A stretch of 64,000 bases of DNA from Malacoraja senta (GCA_038087875.1 CM075989.1:16244001-16308000), one strand, 5' to 3'; shown: positions 13,360 through 26,769, counted from the first letter of the stretch. Translations and numbers: made by a program. The notes: generated from the letters alone by a model not told the origin.

Positions 13360-15045
13360 CGGTGCCCTCCATGTTTGGGACAGACGCATCATTTATTTAT
13401 TTGCTTCTGTACTCCACAATGAGATATGTAAAAGGGAAAAAAAATCACATGTGGTTAAAGTGCCCATTGTCAGATTTTATTAAAGGCCATTTTTATACAT
13501 TTTGGTTTCACAATGTGGAAATTACAGCTGTGTTTATACATAGTCCCCCTCATTTCAGGGCACCATAATGTTTGGGACACGTGGCTTCACAGGCGTTTGT
13601 AATTGCTCAGGCGCGTTTAATTGCCTCCTTAATGCAGGTATAAGAGATCTCAGCATCTAGTCTTTCCTCCAGTCTTTGTAAATTTTTATTGCTGTTTATC
13701 AACATGAGGACCAAAGTTATGCCAATGAAACTCAAAGAAGACATTATGAGTGAGAAACAAGAATAAAACTGTTAGAGACATCAGCCAAACATTAGGCTTA
13801 CCAAAATCAACTGTTTGGAACATTATTAAGAAGAGAGCACTGGTGAGCTTACTAATCGCAAAGGGACTGGCAGGCCAAGGAAGACCTCTACAGCTGATGA
13901 CAGAAGAATTCTCTCTATAATAAAGAAAAATCCCCAAACACCTGTCTGACAGATCAGAAACACTCTTCAGGAGTCAAGTGTGGATTTGTCAATGACCACT
14001 GTCCGCTGAAGACTCATGAACAGAAATACAGAGGCTACACTGCAAGATGCAAACCACTGGTTAGCTGCAAAAATAGGATGGCCAGGTTACAGTTTGCCAA
14101 GAAGTATTTAAAAGAGCAAGCACAGTTCTGGAAAAAGGTCTTGTGGACAGATGAGATGAAGATTAACTTATATCAGAGTGATGACAAGAGCAAAGTATGG
14201 AGGAGAGAAAGAACTGCCTAAGATCCAAAGCATACCACCTCATCTGTGAAACACAGTGGTGGGGGTGTTATGGCCTGGACATGTATGGCTGCTGAAGGTA
14301 TTGGCTCACTTATCTTTATTGATGATACAACTGCTGATGGTAGTAGCATAATGAATTCTGAAGTGTATAGACACATCCTATCTGCTCAAGTTCAAACAAA
14401 TGCCTCAAAACACATTGGCCGGCGGTTCATACTACAGCAAGACAATGATCCCAGACATACTGCTAAAAGGACATTGCAAAGGAGTTTTTCAAAGCTAAAA
14501 AATGGTTAAATCTTGAGTGGCCATGTCAATCACCCAATCTGAACCCAATTGAGCATGTCTTTTATATGGCGAAGAGAAAACTGAAGGGGACTTGCCCCCA
14601 AAACAAGTATAAGCTAAAGATGGCTGCAATACAGGTCTGGCAGAGCATCACCAGAGAAGACACCCAGCAACTGGTGATGTCCATGAATTGCAGACTTCAA
14701 GCAGTCATTGCATACAAAGGATATGCAACAAAATACTAAACAAGATTAGTTTCTCCAGTATTTGTCTACTTTCGATTTTTCCAGCATCTGCAGTTCCTTC
14801 TTAAACTAAACATGATTACTTTCATTTACATTACATTACTGTGTCCCAAACATTATGGTGCCCTGAAATGGGGGAACTATGTATGAACACTGCTGTAATT
14901 TCTACATGGTGAAACCAAAATGTACAAAAATGGCCTTTATTGAAATCTGACAATGTGCACTTTAACCACATATGATTTTTTTCCTATTACAAATAAGAGG
15001 CAAATAAATGATGGGTCTTTGTCTCATACATTATGGAGGGCACTG
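13360..15045 (+). mobile_element. Near full-length Tc1-family transposon with long IR/DR termini; transposase is a pseudogene
   Basis: TA|cggtgccctcc ... ggagggcactg; ~220-bp TIRs with inner repeat ccataatgtttgggaca; DDE motifs VLWTDE, LQQDNDPRH, SPNLNPIEH; frameshifts and stops. Confidence 0.93.
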
Positions 15046-16018
15046 CATGTATGGTAATTGCTACTGCAATGTTTATTTCTTTTGGATTTGGCATATGGTG
15101 ATGACCACATTCAGGTAGATGGAACCCACATTGATTTTCAGTGAACAACTCTTTAGCCACCATGAGAGGTTGGTTGAGGCTGTTGGCAATGATTTTCCCC
15201 GTGCTGGGATTCCTCAGTAGTTAGCAGAGTCAGCTTTGTCTCCTATCCTGATGGTCATAATTACAATACCTTTGAGGCATCACAGCTTGTCCTCCTGATG
15301 TGGCTGTTAACTTTGCAAGTTTGTGATTAAAGTTACTCCAATTCATTTTCAAGTATCTGGGCACCATCAGCAGCAGTGTTATTTTTTGGTAATGCAACTT
15401 GATGCCACTGCAGCTTGTTGATCTGCAGTGGCAGCAAGACTGGACTGTGCAGGTTACAGTGGAAAGGAGTCAAGAACAACAAAGTTGAGAAATTCTTCAA
15501 AGTGCTCTCTTCACAGTGCAGTGAGAGAATATGTTTAGCACCAGTGACCGGGATGAATTTCTGAGAAGTTAACTTTAGAGATGTTATTTAAACATAACAG
15601 ATGCATAATATTCTTTCAGGGAAACCTAAAGCCCATTTATTTGATTATATCCACATCAATAATTTAGGGTTTGTGAATCAAAATATTTTAGCAAAGCAGG
15701 AAAGGGAAATAAAAAGTAACTTAAATTCAAATAATGTCATGAGGATTTATTGCAAAATCTAAGCATACATCTTCCTGGCATCAGTGCCACATTCATACAG
15801 GTGAACTTGTACAGAACAATCCTTTGAGGAAAAACTAATATTTTAAACTGTGACTGGTAAATGTAGAAAATTAATTCTCAATAAATATGCTATTTTGCAA
15901 AAAGATGGAGCCTGCAGTTCCTCCTTGTGTCCTGTTTGTTAATGTAGAATGAGTTAACTACATTACTAAAGATAGAGAATTGCACAATTGTCAACTAAGT
16001 TTTGAATAATTGACCATA

Positions 16019-16400
16019 CAGTGGAGCCTCAGTTATCTGTGCTTCCTTTATGCATTTCTCAATTATTCATGGAATTCCAATTAGAGTTTATAAATTAATC
16101 TTTCAAATCATTCTTGATTCAGCCTCGTTTATGAGTGGTTACATCTTTGGGTTAATCTTTATTACCCACAAAGCCAAAATTTAGGGGACAAGAAATGAAG
16201 TCAAGGCTACCAGAAACAAGATCTGCCCCACTTTTGGCTGTGATTTACATGTTCTAGCAGGTTGATTAGGGCATCGGGAGGATACTCCAAAGCTAAAGGC
16301 TCACTAAGCATAGAGCCTGTCAAACATCCAACTTCCATTATCCATGGAGAAGGAATTCCCCACCCAATCCCTGTACTAGCTGATAATTGGGGTTCCACTG
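16019..16400. mobile_element. Old Tigger/pogo-like MITE
   Basis: TA|cagtggagcctcagttatc ... gataattggggttccactg imperfect TIRs. Confidence 0.6.
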
Positions 16401-16459
16401 TCAAGCTCTCTTCCAACACAAGACATTTACACAAATCAGATTGAAAATAAAAGTGACTT

Positions 16460-16465
16460 TTTATT
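16460..16465 (-). promoter_or_regulatory. Candidate SLTM polyadenylation signal
   Basis: AATAAA on the - strand ~190 nt after the stop; another at 15746-15751. Confidence 0.5.
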
Positions 16466-16652
16466 TTCTATAGCTGTACTGCTATAAAAAACAGCGAAAA
16501 GGTCAGTCATGAAATTATATATTTTTTAAAACAGACCTATTAATGTTCAAGAAAGGAAAAAAAGTGAAAACATAGTAGATTGTACAGGCTGAATATATCT
16601 ACAAACACTAGGTAAATCTAAAAACAAGAACAGTCAGTTGCAAACAACTGGA

Positions 16653-16785
16653 TTAGAATCTTCGTGGAGCACCCCTTTTGAATGGCTTAAAACGAGCATC
16701 TGATCCATGCAGTCCTTTGGAGCCTGAAACATTGCCTCCTTGCATTGTGTTGTTGGTGATCTGCACAATTCTGTTTGCCACAGGA
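16653..16785 (-). CDS. SLTM: SLTM last coding exon (21)
   Basis: 133 nt, phase 2; PVANRIVQITNNTMQGGNVSGSKGLHGSDARFKPFKRGAPRRF then TAA; matches recalled SLTM C-terminus (NRIVQI...FKPFK..PRRF). Confidence 0.94.
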
Positions 16786-19700
16786 CTATAGTGGGCAATG
16801 AGAAAACACAGTAAGAAACATTTGAAGCCAACACTGGCTAAAATCTCAAACTACTCCTGTATCAGAAAACTATGGACATCAAGAAGGAACTTAGCAACAT
16901 ATTTGTCAGAACAGATTTTGAATATAAAATTAATGTCAGTGTAAACCGTCTGAAAAGAAAATTAAACCACTTTTGAGTTGCTACAATCTACACGACTTTA
17001 CCATCTAAATAATGCTGTCATAAATAAAACTCAACACATAAGCCTAGAAAGCAAATTAATGCATTAGAAAGCCATCACTAGACCTCATAATTGTGTGGCC
17101 GAAACAAAAGATATTCATAACAGCACTTTACTCCTTTTGAAATGCAAAAGTGTCATGCTTCCGCCATGAACCGGTAATTAAATGGAATGCTTTTGTTTGA
17201 AGTTCTGAATGTGGAGAAGCATGGCCAATGTATCTATCAAATAAATACCATTTGTAGAATGATAGTGAACCCGTAAATTGCACAAACTTGGCTTTATGTG
17301 TTGGTTTCATCAACATTCAGTGTAAAGTCTTCCAAAGTTGAAAAGGTGGAAGAAACAAGTCTAAATAGATTAGAATATTAAAGATATATCGAAAATTGTC
17401 TAAAGACCAATATAACATTGGTCTACATGTTGAAAGATTTAGAGTAAGGACAAATATATGCTTATGACCTTAAAACACATTTAAATAAATATAGCATTCA
17501 CCTTAAAAATATTGACCATGGACTGATGGCATTTAGATTTCCCAGAAGTATGTCTGGGTTCCAAGAGTTTAATTCTACTCATTGAAAGGCAATTCAAGGG
17601 GAAAGTAAAGAGAATCAGCAAGATTGAGAGAAATCATTTTTAGAAACTGAAGAGTCTATAAGGAGCATCATAGTTTGAAACATTAGCTAAGGTTTCAGAA
17701 ACAAAGATAAGAAAGACTTGTACATGGAGAATGAAAGGATGCTAATTTCAAATCAGAGATCGATGGAGTTGTTAACCAAATCAATCGTGAATGATGTATT
17801 AGCTGAAGCAGCTAAATAGAAACACATTCCACATTGATCATAATTTCGTAAGCATAATTGGTTTAGTGAATTAATTTTGAGTAGTCTCAACTCGGGTTCA
17901 AATTGATGGGCTAAAAGTTTTTTAAAAAATTACATTTAGAAAGAACAGTAGCCTTTAGTGGTTCATGATTCAACAATATTAAGCAAGGATTTGTTAGTTA
18001 AAGGAACAAAAATCTGTATCCAGTTTAAATTATCTGAGCTCCTCCTATACTGAACCGACAGCTCCTGCTCCAAGCATGCTCAGAAGTTTTACACTACTCC
18101 TTGAATGCTCAGAAAAATTCTTATAAACCTCTGGATTAAGTTGCAAAATCCAAACCCATTTGTTTGTGCCGAAACCAGACTCCCTTTGCTCCCTCATAGA
18201 TCCTTCAAAGTAACAGATTTTAAAAGGCTGAAAAATCTTTTACTTGGCTGGGCCTACACATCTTTTCCCTAGGAACGCTTGAATCGGTACCACTGTACTT
18301 ATCAATATAAAAATGGAACTTGGGCAGAAGAATTCAACAAAAAGTGTTGATTCTTTAGACTTGTTTCTAAATATAAATCCTAATGCAAAAAGTCTTGAAA
18401 AAAAAATCCTGTGTTTAGTCATCTTTCAATTTAGCTTCCTGATGACTCAGTAACTACATATCAGGATACAAAAGAACAATGTCCAAGTTAAAATTAACCA
18501 ATCTCCAATGGATTAGCAAAAAGATCACTTACATGCCTTGTACAAGGCTAAACAAAAATGCTGGTTACAGCTCTTGCTTAACACAATCCAGTCACCCCAA
18601 CTAGTAAAGTCAACAAGTATTTAGCCAAGGTCAAGATTTAGCGTGCTTTAGAGTTAGCTTTAGCTATTTATGTTATCTGTAAAATTAAAAGCAAGTGACA
18701 GAATTTGGTTACCAGGAAATGCTTCAATACAGATGAGGAAAACCCACCCTGCTCATCACGCTAGTGGTGTCAACGTATAACATTCACACCAAACCCTTCA
18801 ACTGAATTTCTATTGTCAAATTTGAGACCTGCGATATGAATTGCCATTGCACTCATACACTGTCCTCCCTCAACTCAATTACAACAGAATGTATAATATG
18901 CTTGAACTTGTTTGTATCTCATCGTTAATTTATGAATCTTGCGATACACAGAAATAATGGTATCTGTAAAGTTCCTATAAAGCAGGAAAATATTGTGGGC
19001 TTTTCAATTCAAAAGTTTGGTTTGGATAACAATCAAAGTTTTTAAATGAGTGCCTTAAAAGAGAAAGAAGTTAGTGAGGTAAAAGGGCTCAGGGAAGAAA
19101 TTTCAGTGTTTCGATTCTTGGCGGGTGCCTGGAATGAGTTGCTGGGGTGAAGGCAGATACGATAGTAGCGTTTAAAGAGGCACACTTGATATGCAGGGAA
19201 TAGAGGGATAGGGATAATGTGCAGGCAGAGGAGATGATTTTAACTTGGCATTTTGGTCAAGGCCCTGGCACTTGTGGCATGATTGTTATTTACTACTTAT
19301 CGTATTGTCTAAGTCTTGTCCTGGTCTTGTTATACATATATGAATAGCTTCATTATTTTATTTTGACGAGCTGCAAATAAAACTTAGTTTCAAATTAGTC
19401 CCCACTTCAGCCATTATGATGAGAGGTCAATAATGAAGTATTAACCTCATTACTTTGTTGACAAGGCATATTATACCTCAACTATGTACAACATATACCA
19501 CCATCTTCGGGAATTTATGAATGTTGATTCCAAAGACCTTCTGTATCTCTACACTACTTGGCAGTTATTGCCATTTTGCCCTCCTCTAATGAATTTGATT
19601 ACACTGAAAAATAGAACAAGGTCGTTTTATTGCCCACTTTGAGTACATTGATGCCTTATACTACTTTCTGCCTGTGCATAATGCTGTAACATTTGCATAA

Positions 19701-20489
19701 ATTACAACTTTAAATCATGACTGTCCCCTTCCCCAATCTTTCAGGTATTAATGATCTCTTTTATAAATTCAACATCAAGCCAGGTGGAATATCACTGTAA
19801 ACACATTACTCAACATCCTTAAATCATTACCTTTCCCTTTCTCATACTAAATGAATTTTATTTGCATTTATCCTTTGTATTTCATTGTCTTCAACTATTC
19901 TGAGCATCGACCATGTTCAACCTTGGCCAAAACGACAATGAAATCTGCACAGCCTATGTCAAGCACAAAGTCTCACTGATCTTCCTTTTAAGCTCCGAAA
20001 AATATTCTATTGATAGCCAAATACATTCCTTTACAGCACCATGTAGGCTGCCCATAAATAATCTTTCTGTAGGTCTTATACTGTGCTGGTTTTATTTTAC
20101 CTCTAATAATTTGCCCATTACTGATAGACTTGTAATCTCTCAGTTTATCCTTTTGTGGGGATGATGCGGTGTAGCAGCACTTGAGAAACAAGAGGGTCAG
20201 GAACAGAAGCTTGGGGAAAACAAAAGGTCACAATTGGATGTCCAACAAGGCACTGTACGAGAGTGCAGTCAAACACAACAGTGGTTATAGCTGGATTGAA
20301 AAGGACAAGGAGGAATATAGGCGATGTAAATGTAAGATTTCCACAGTGTCTCAAGCCTCAACAAGATAAAAGCACAGTTCATGGTTGATGGCAGTTGCAA
20401 AATATTAAGCTTGTGTGAAGAAATGCGCTGGAATAAAATACAAGCCTATAGGCTGCCAACAAATTACAGCCATCAAAATCAAGACTATA

Positions 20490-21150
20490 CAAAAAACAAA
20501 GTGCTAGAGTAACTCAGTGGCAGGCAGCATCGATGGAGGACATGGATGGGCAGTGTTTCAGGTCAAGACACTGGTTTGGGCTAATTGGAGTGTGGGGGGT
20601 GGGGGAGAGCTGGCAAAGAGGTTGAGGCGGAGCAACACAAATGATAGGTGTGTAGGAAGGAAATACTGGTTTAAACCGAAGAAAGACAAAAAAGTGGGAG
20701 TAACTCACCGAGTCAGCCAGCATCTCTGGAGAAAAGGAATAGGTGACGTTTTGGGTTGACACCCTTCTATAGGTGTTTTTAGGTGATGGGAAGTTTGATT
20801 GGCAGATGGGTGGACAAAGGCTAGAGATGAAAAGGAGATAAAAGGTTGCCAGATAAGGAGAGAAGGGGTGAAATGTAAAGCCAGAGGGAGAGGTATAGGT
20901 GGAAAGGGATGCAAAGGAGGGGAAAGGGTGTGTGGTGGGGGAAATAGTGGCAGAAATGGGTGTGCACTGGGGTGGAATGGTGAGTGTTACTTTCCAATTT
21001 GTGAACTCAATGTTCATACTGTTGGGTAGTAAGCTATCAAAGTAGAATATGGGGGGAAAAAAACATTCCTACAGTTTGCGCGAGCCCTCTCTCGGGCAAC
21101 GGAGGACACAGTACAGAAACGTCAGCATGCGAATGGGAAGGGGAGTTAGA
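20490..21150 (-). mobile_element. Penelope-like element, tandem termini plus GIY-YIG end
   Basis: Two copies of gagtaactca...cagcatc...; gaactcaatgttcatactgttggg...cagtttgcg. Confidence 0.7.
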
Positions 21151-21725
21151 CAAGAGGCGGAAAATCATTCGAGTGATATCGCTTTTCTAGCCGCGTCTCT
21201 TCCAAGATGTATTGCACAATTCAACTGGCCAATTAAGGAAAATAACAATAATTATATACCCTGCAATTAAGTAAAACTGTATAGAATGCTCATATTCAGA
21301 AGTTATTTTATATTACAATGGCATCAAGGCATAAAAATGGAAGCAATACACATTATTAGTTGAGGATGGTTTTAATGTACTGGAAACAAGTTATTTTAAA
21401 TACAGTAAAACACAAGTTTAATGTAATTATGCCAATATAGATACAATTATCATCCCCATAACATTTGACTAAATGATTGAAAAACTTTCTTCCTGGATTT
21501 GCATTCTTTGCTGTTACTATGAATAGCTAATAGGCATCACAAAAGCACCTATTCAAATAAAAACCAATAAATTAACAGACTTAATTCAAATAGGCTGTCA
21601 GAAAGAGCAAGTCTGTTTAAATATAAAAACAGTCAAAAATGCAATACCATACAGAATATTAGATTTACAATACATGCTCTAAATTACAGGCAACCAGAAT
21701 CGCTGACAGAATGCAACCTCAGTAC

Positions 21726-21892
21726 CTGGACGGTGGCATCATGCCAGAACCCCGAGGGTCACTCATTCGTCGCACGTCTTGATATCCAGTGCTTTGAGAA
21801 CTGGGTCCAGAATGCCAATTGCTCCGTTGTCCTTCCGTATCTCGCCCATGACGTGCTATCACTACATTCCGGTTTTCATGATAATGGGATGC
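21726..21892 (-). CDS. SLTM: SLTM exon 20
   Basis: 167 nt, phase 0/2; ASHYHENRNVVIARHGRDTEGQRSNWHSGPSSQSTGYQDVRRMSDPRGSGMMPPS. Confidence 0.92.
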
Positions 21893-22199
21893 CTGGGAAG
21901 AGGATGCATACACAAGATATTATAATTCAAATTAATTAATTGGATTATTTTTGCTCCTCACAAAATTACATCCTTTAAATTCCTACCAGTAGAAAATAAA
22001 ATTTGATATTTCCCCACCTTGGCCCCGTGGCTTATGCATAACAATTGCATAACCACGACCCAAATGGAAATGTATTTGATAACATTACTCACAAGATCCT
22101 AAATAAAATACCATAATTTAAAGTTTAAAAGAAATTATACAGAATAAAGCTGCTCCTTGTGTGCATCATCCAACAAGACCAATGAATTGTGTTCTCTAC

Positions 22200-22347
22200 C
22201 TGAGGATTATTGCTTCTGTCCCCAATAGATGACCTTCCTCCATCTCGGCTGCTGTACCCAGCCATACCGCTGTGACCACTTGGTGGGCCACTTCGTATAT
22301 TCTGCCCAGACCTCTCTGGCCGTACGCGCTCTCTCTCTCTTGAATTC
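22200..22347 (-). CDS. SLTM: SLTM exon 19
   Basis: 148 nt, phase 2/0; NSRERERVRPERSGQNIRSGPPSGHSGMAGYSSRDGGRSSIGDRSNNPQ. Confidence 0.9.
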
Positions 22348-22489
22348 CTTAAATGTGAAAAATTGGTTGATATTTTTCCATGATTTCAAATGACTCAAGC
22401 AATAATTAGATTCCAATTGGCTAATATCAGTGTTAGAAAGTAAATATTCCACAAATAAACCTGAAAAATTTCAAAACTAGCCAACACAT

Positions 22490-22927
22490 AAGCAAAAGGA
22501 CACAAAGTGCTGGATTAACTCAGCAGGTCAGGCAGCATCTCTGGAGAAGAAGGATTGTGACATTTTGGGTCAGGATCCTTCTTCACACTGATTAGTGTGA
22601 AGAAGGACCCTTCTTCACACTGATTAGTGTGAAGATGGGTCCCGACCCAAAACGTCATCTATATTCTCCAGAGATAGACACAAAATGCTGGAGTAACTCA
22701 GTGGGACCGGCAGCATTGGGTGGGTGATGTTTCGGGTCGAGTGGCTGCCTGATACGTTGAATTACTCCAGCACTTTGTCCTTTTGTATAAACCAGCATCT
22801 GCAGTTCCGAGTTTCTACATACTAAAAGATAAGCAATACAGGATCAGCACTTTCTATCCTTTTGTATAAACTAGCAGCTGCAGTTCCTTATTTTTACATG
22901 CTAAAAGATGAGCAATACAGGACCAGA
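22490..22927. mobile_element. Cluster of Penelope-like termini in alternating orientations
   Basis: gacacaaagtgctggattaactcagcaggtcaggcagcatctctggag and reverse complements; internal palindromes and tandem duplication. Confidence 0.75.
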
Positions 22928-23416
22928 AATCAAATTCAATTACTTCAGACACACACTTCCATCACTTGCAGAGGGTCTTTTGTGGAATTTTATGAGGCTT
23001 ATTTACACCAATTGAAATGAATGCAACTTTTTGCAGCATTGCTTTTTCAACCCCCCAAAGTAATGCAAAAGAATCAAAATACATTCTCCTGGAAAATCAG
23101 TAGGCTGAAATCTAAACTTTTAAAAACACCCCACCCCAGTACTGGGAGGATAATGATCCCAATTAACAAAGAATTCAGAGTTAAATCTTCAATGCCCCAG
23201 TGAAGCTCTCAATTCCGAGTTTGAAATTAAATCCTTAGTACAGCAATTGCAATGAATTATTATTGTATGTATGGGCTTAAATTTCTGACATATGAAATCA
23301 CTTTTTTAAAATTCTAAATATTTTTTAAAATAAGACATTGTCATTGCAGAATGTGAAAAGGGAATCCTGGATATTACTTATATTCAAAGATATAATGTAA
23401 AACCTTTCAACATTAC

Positions 23417-23794
23417 CTCAATTCACGTTTCGTAGAGGTTAAACCTCCACTTGGCTTCCAACCACTGGGTCTAGAAGAATTATGACTTGGTCGACTGTGC
23501 TGGACTCCATGGTTATCAATCCGAGCTCTATCAGGGAAGCTTCTTGATGGTGACAACTTTTCCAGATGTCCCCTGGTGCCTCCGGACCGATCCTCAATTG
23601 TTACAGTTCGACGGTCATCGCGATCCCGAATTTCTCTACGCTCATTATTTCCATGAAGTTCATTTCTCTGTTGAGAACTTGGTCTTCTGGAATCATTATA
23701 TGGTTTTGGATACCTGTTATAAGTAGCATCCTCTCTGTTTCTACCAGAGCGATTCTTTTTCCCATCTCCTTGATTGTTATAACGATCTCCCCGT
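23417..23794 (-). CDS. SLTM: SLTM exon 18
   Basis: 378 nt, phase 2/2, open; RGDRYNNQGDGKKNR...RPSGWKPSGGLTSTKREL. Confidence 0.93.
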
Positions 23795-24009
23795 CTGTTG
23801 AAGTTTAGAGAGTAACATCATGTATTAGATTCATGAACGAGCTGCCTTCGTTCAATAACATGGACGCAACACATGCTCGTTGAAAACCATCATCACAGGA
23901 GTATCCCGACTATGCTTAGTCCCCTGCTCTATTCTCTTTGTACCCATAACCATGTAGTCAGACACAGCTCCAACATCATCTTTAAATTTGCTGACAATAC
24001 CACCACTTG

Positions 24010-25118
24010 GTACCGCACCGGCCGGCACTACTAGTGAGCAAGCTGACGAAGATGCAGGTGGATGCTCCATTGGTTTCCTGGATCACCAACTACATGGCTG
24101 GACGAACACCGTATGTCAGGCTACAGAACTGCGTCTCAGACATGGTAGTGAGCAACACAGGGGCCCCACAGGGAACAGTCCTCTCTCCCTTCTTGTTCAC
24201 CATCTACATCTCGGACTTCAGATACAAGTCTGACTCCTGCCACCTGCAGAAGTTTTCGGATGACTCTGCAATTGTGGGCTGCATCAGCGAGGGGAGAGAA
24301 GCTGAATACAGAGGTGTAGTCAACGACTTAGATGTGGTGTGGGCTGAATGACCTGCAGCTCAACACTGATAAGACAAAGGAGTTAGTGGTGGACTTTAGG
24401 GGTAGAGGAACACTCCTGTCCCCTGTCTCCATCAATGGAGTGGATGTGCTGTTTACCAAGGAGTACAAATACCTTGGAGTTTATCTGGACAGTAAACTGG
24501 ACTGGTCCAGGAAAGCTGAGGCTCTCTACAAGAAGGGACAGAGCCGGCTGTACTTTTTGGGAGGGCTCCGCTTCTTCAACGTCTGCAGTAAGATGCTGCA
24601 GATGTTCTACCAATTGGTGGTGGCCAGTGCCATCTTCTTCGCTGTCGTGTGCTGGGGCAGCAGGCTGAAGGCCGCGGACACCAACAGGATTAGCAAGCTC
24701 ATCAAGAAGGCTGGCTCTGCCCTGGGGGCAGAGTTGGATTCGTGGGAGGTGATCTTGGAGGGGAGGATGCTCCACAAACTGTGGAGCATCTTGGGCATTA
24801 CAGCTCACCCCCTCCATGACACACTGGTCAACCCGAGGTGTACCTTCAGCTAGACTGGTTCCATCAAGATGCATTACAGAATGCCACAGGAGATCCTATT
24901 TCCCTGTGGCTATCAAACGGTACAACTCTTCCCCTTTCTGTCGTGGGTTAGACCGACTCCCATTCCTTCCCCCGTCCCCAATCTTTGCACATCCCCAATC
25001 CTTTCCACTCATTACTTTAATTTCATGTATCTTGTTTTTTTATAACTATTTTATAATAGTTTTTTTATAACTATTGGCATTATAACTTCCTGGGATAAAT
25101 AAAGCTATCGTATCGTAT
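24010..25118 (+). mobile_element. Rex1/Babar-like LINE 3' portion (RT)
   Basis: NTGAPQGTVLSPFLFTIY...LQKFSDDSAIVG, YKYLGV, GQSRLYFL; tail gggataaataaagctatcgtatcgtattg. Confidence 0.88.
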
Positions 25119-25634
25119 TGTACTATTGTTGGATTAACAATGGGTAACGAGTCAGAGCACGGGAGCAAGATTGAAAATCTGGTTGAATGGTGTCAAAATA
25201 ACAATCTTGTTCTCAACGTTAGTAAAACCAAGAACCTGAATGTTGACATCAGAAGGGGAAATCTGAGGATCTGCAAACCTGTCTTTACATGACAGAACAG
25301 TGGTTGAGAGTGAGAACTGGGCATGCACAACTCTTAAGATTTGTCCTGGGCAGATCACATTGATGTAATCACAAAGATCATCAACACCTCTAGTTCCTCA
25401 GATGATTGAAGACGTTTAGTATGTTGACAAATACTTTATTAAACCTCTACAGGTGCAGAGTAGAGAACATACTAATTGGTTGCATCATAGCTTGGTTCAG
25501 TAGATTGAAAGACCAGGAAGAAAGATTACAGAGGGCGGTAGACAGTCACCTGTCTATCACGGGTACTGATCTTCCCATCATCAAAGGGATCTATAGAAAG
25601 TGATGCCTTAAAAAAGCAACCATTCAAAGGACAA

Positions 25635-26117
25635 TAGACGCAGGGGTAAGCCATTCAGCCCCTCGAGCCAGCACCACCATTCATTGTGACCATGGCTGAT
25701 CATCCACAATCAGTAGTTCCTGCCTTCTCCCCATATCCCTTGACTCTGCTATCTTTAAAAGCTCGGTCTAGCTCTCTTGAAAGCATCCAGAGAACCAGCC
25801 TCCACCGCCCTCCGAGGCAGAGAATTCCACAGACTCACAACTCTGTGAGAAAAAGTTTTTTCCTCAGCTCCGTTCTAAATGGCTTATCCCTTATTCTTAA
25901 ACTGCGGCCCCTGGTTCTGGACTCCCCCCAACATTGGGAACATGTTTCCTGCCTCTAGCGTGTCCAAACCCTTATATGTTTCAATAAGATATCCTCTCAT
26001 CCTTCCAAATTCAGAGTATACAAGCCCAGCCGCTCCATTCTATCAACATATGACAGTCCCGCCATCCCGGGAATTAACCTGGAGAACCTATGCTGCACTC
26101 CCTCAATAGCAAGAATA
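25635..26117 (-). mobile_element. CR1 LINE 3' end
   Basis: ccattgtgaccatggctgatc...gaacctatgctgcactccctcaatagcaagaat. Confidence 0.85.
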
Positions 26118-26769
26118 GCAAGCATTCTCAGACCCATGCCACCCTAGCCACACTCTTCCATTTTTCTATGTTTCTATTTCATTGGGAAGGTGGTACTGGA
26201 ACCTAACAACTTTCAACTTCTTTTTTTCATATGCTGGGGCTCTCATCTTCACAATTATCAATTGCAGTTTTTCAACCCCAGTTCTATTCATACAAACATA
26301 TAAATTAGGAACAGGCTAAGGCCACTCAGACACCTCCTGGTCAGCTCTACCTTTTACTTAGATCATAACCAATCCAATTGTAACATCAACTCCACATTCA
26401 TGTTAATCGCTTGCTTTTCAATCAATCCACCCACTTAAAAATATTGATTCACTTGTTTTGAGGTACAGGGTTCCAAAGACATTCCCTTACAAGAGAAAGC
26501 GTCCTTTCCATATCCACCCTCTTAAAACGAGTCAATATGTCATATGTTCCAACCAAGTCGCCTCTCACACGTTAATCTGCAGCATATATGAATTTAGCTT
26601 GTCCAATTTTGCCCTCATAAAACATCCTGCCAAACCTCTGACTCGAGAACCTTTCCTCCAGAGATGCTGTCCGACCCACTGAGTTACTCCAGCTTTGTGT
26701 CTATCTGCCCATTCTAGGTCTTAGTCTAGCAAGTCTCTAACATTTTGCAGATTAACATTTCCTCCCCCT

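Larger units (their letters stand above)
23850..26220 (+). mobile_element. Old Rex/L2-type LINE carrying two nested insertions
   Basis: ...IFKFADNTT at ~24000 continues as attgttgga... at 25125 and again after 26115. Confidence 0.7.

Noticed and set aside
16634-16834. 66-aa minus ORF over the last SLTM exon
   Set aside because: Alternative frame; the real frame ends FKPFKRGAPRRF.
22207-22452. ORF track peptide FKRERARTAREVWAEY as an SLTM exon
   Set aside because: Wrong frame; phase continuity requires NSRERERVRPERSG.
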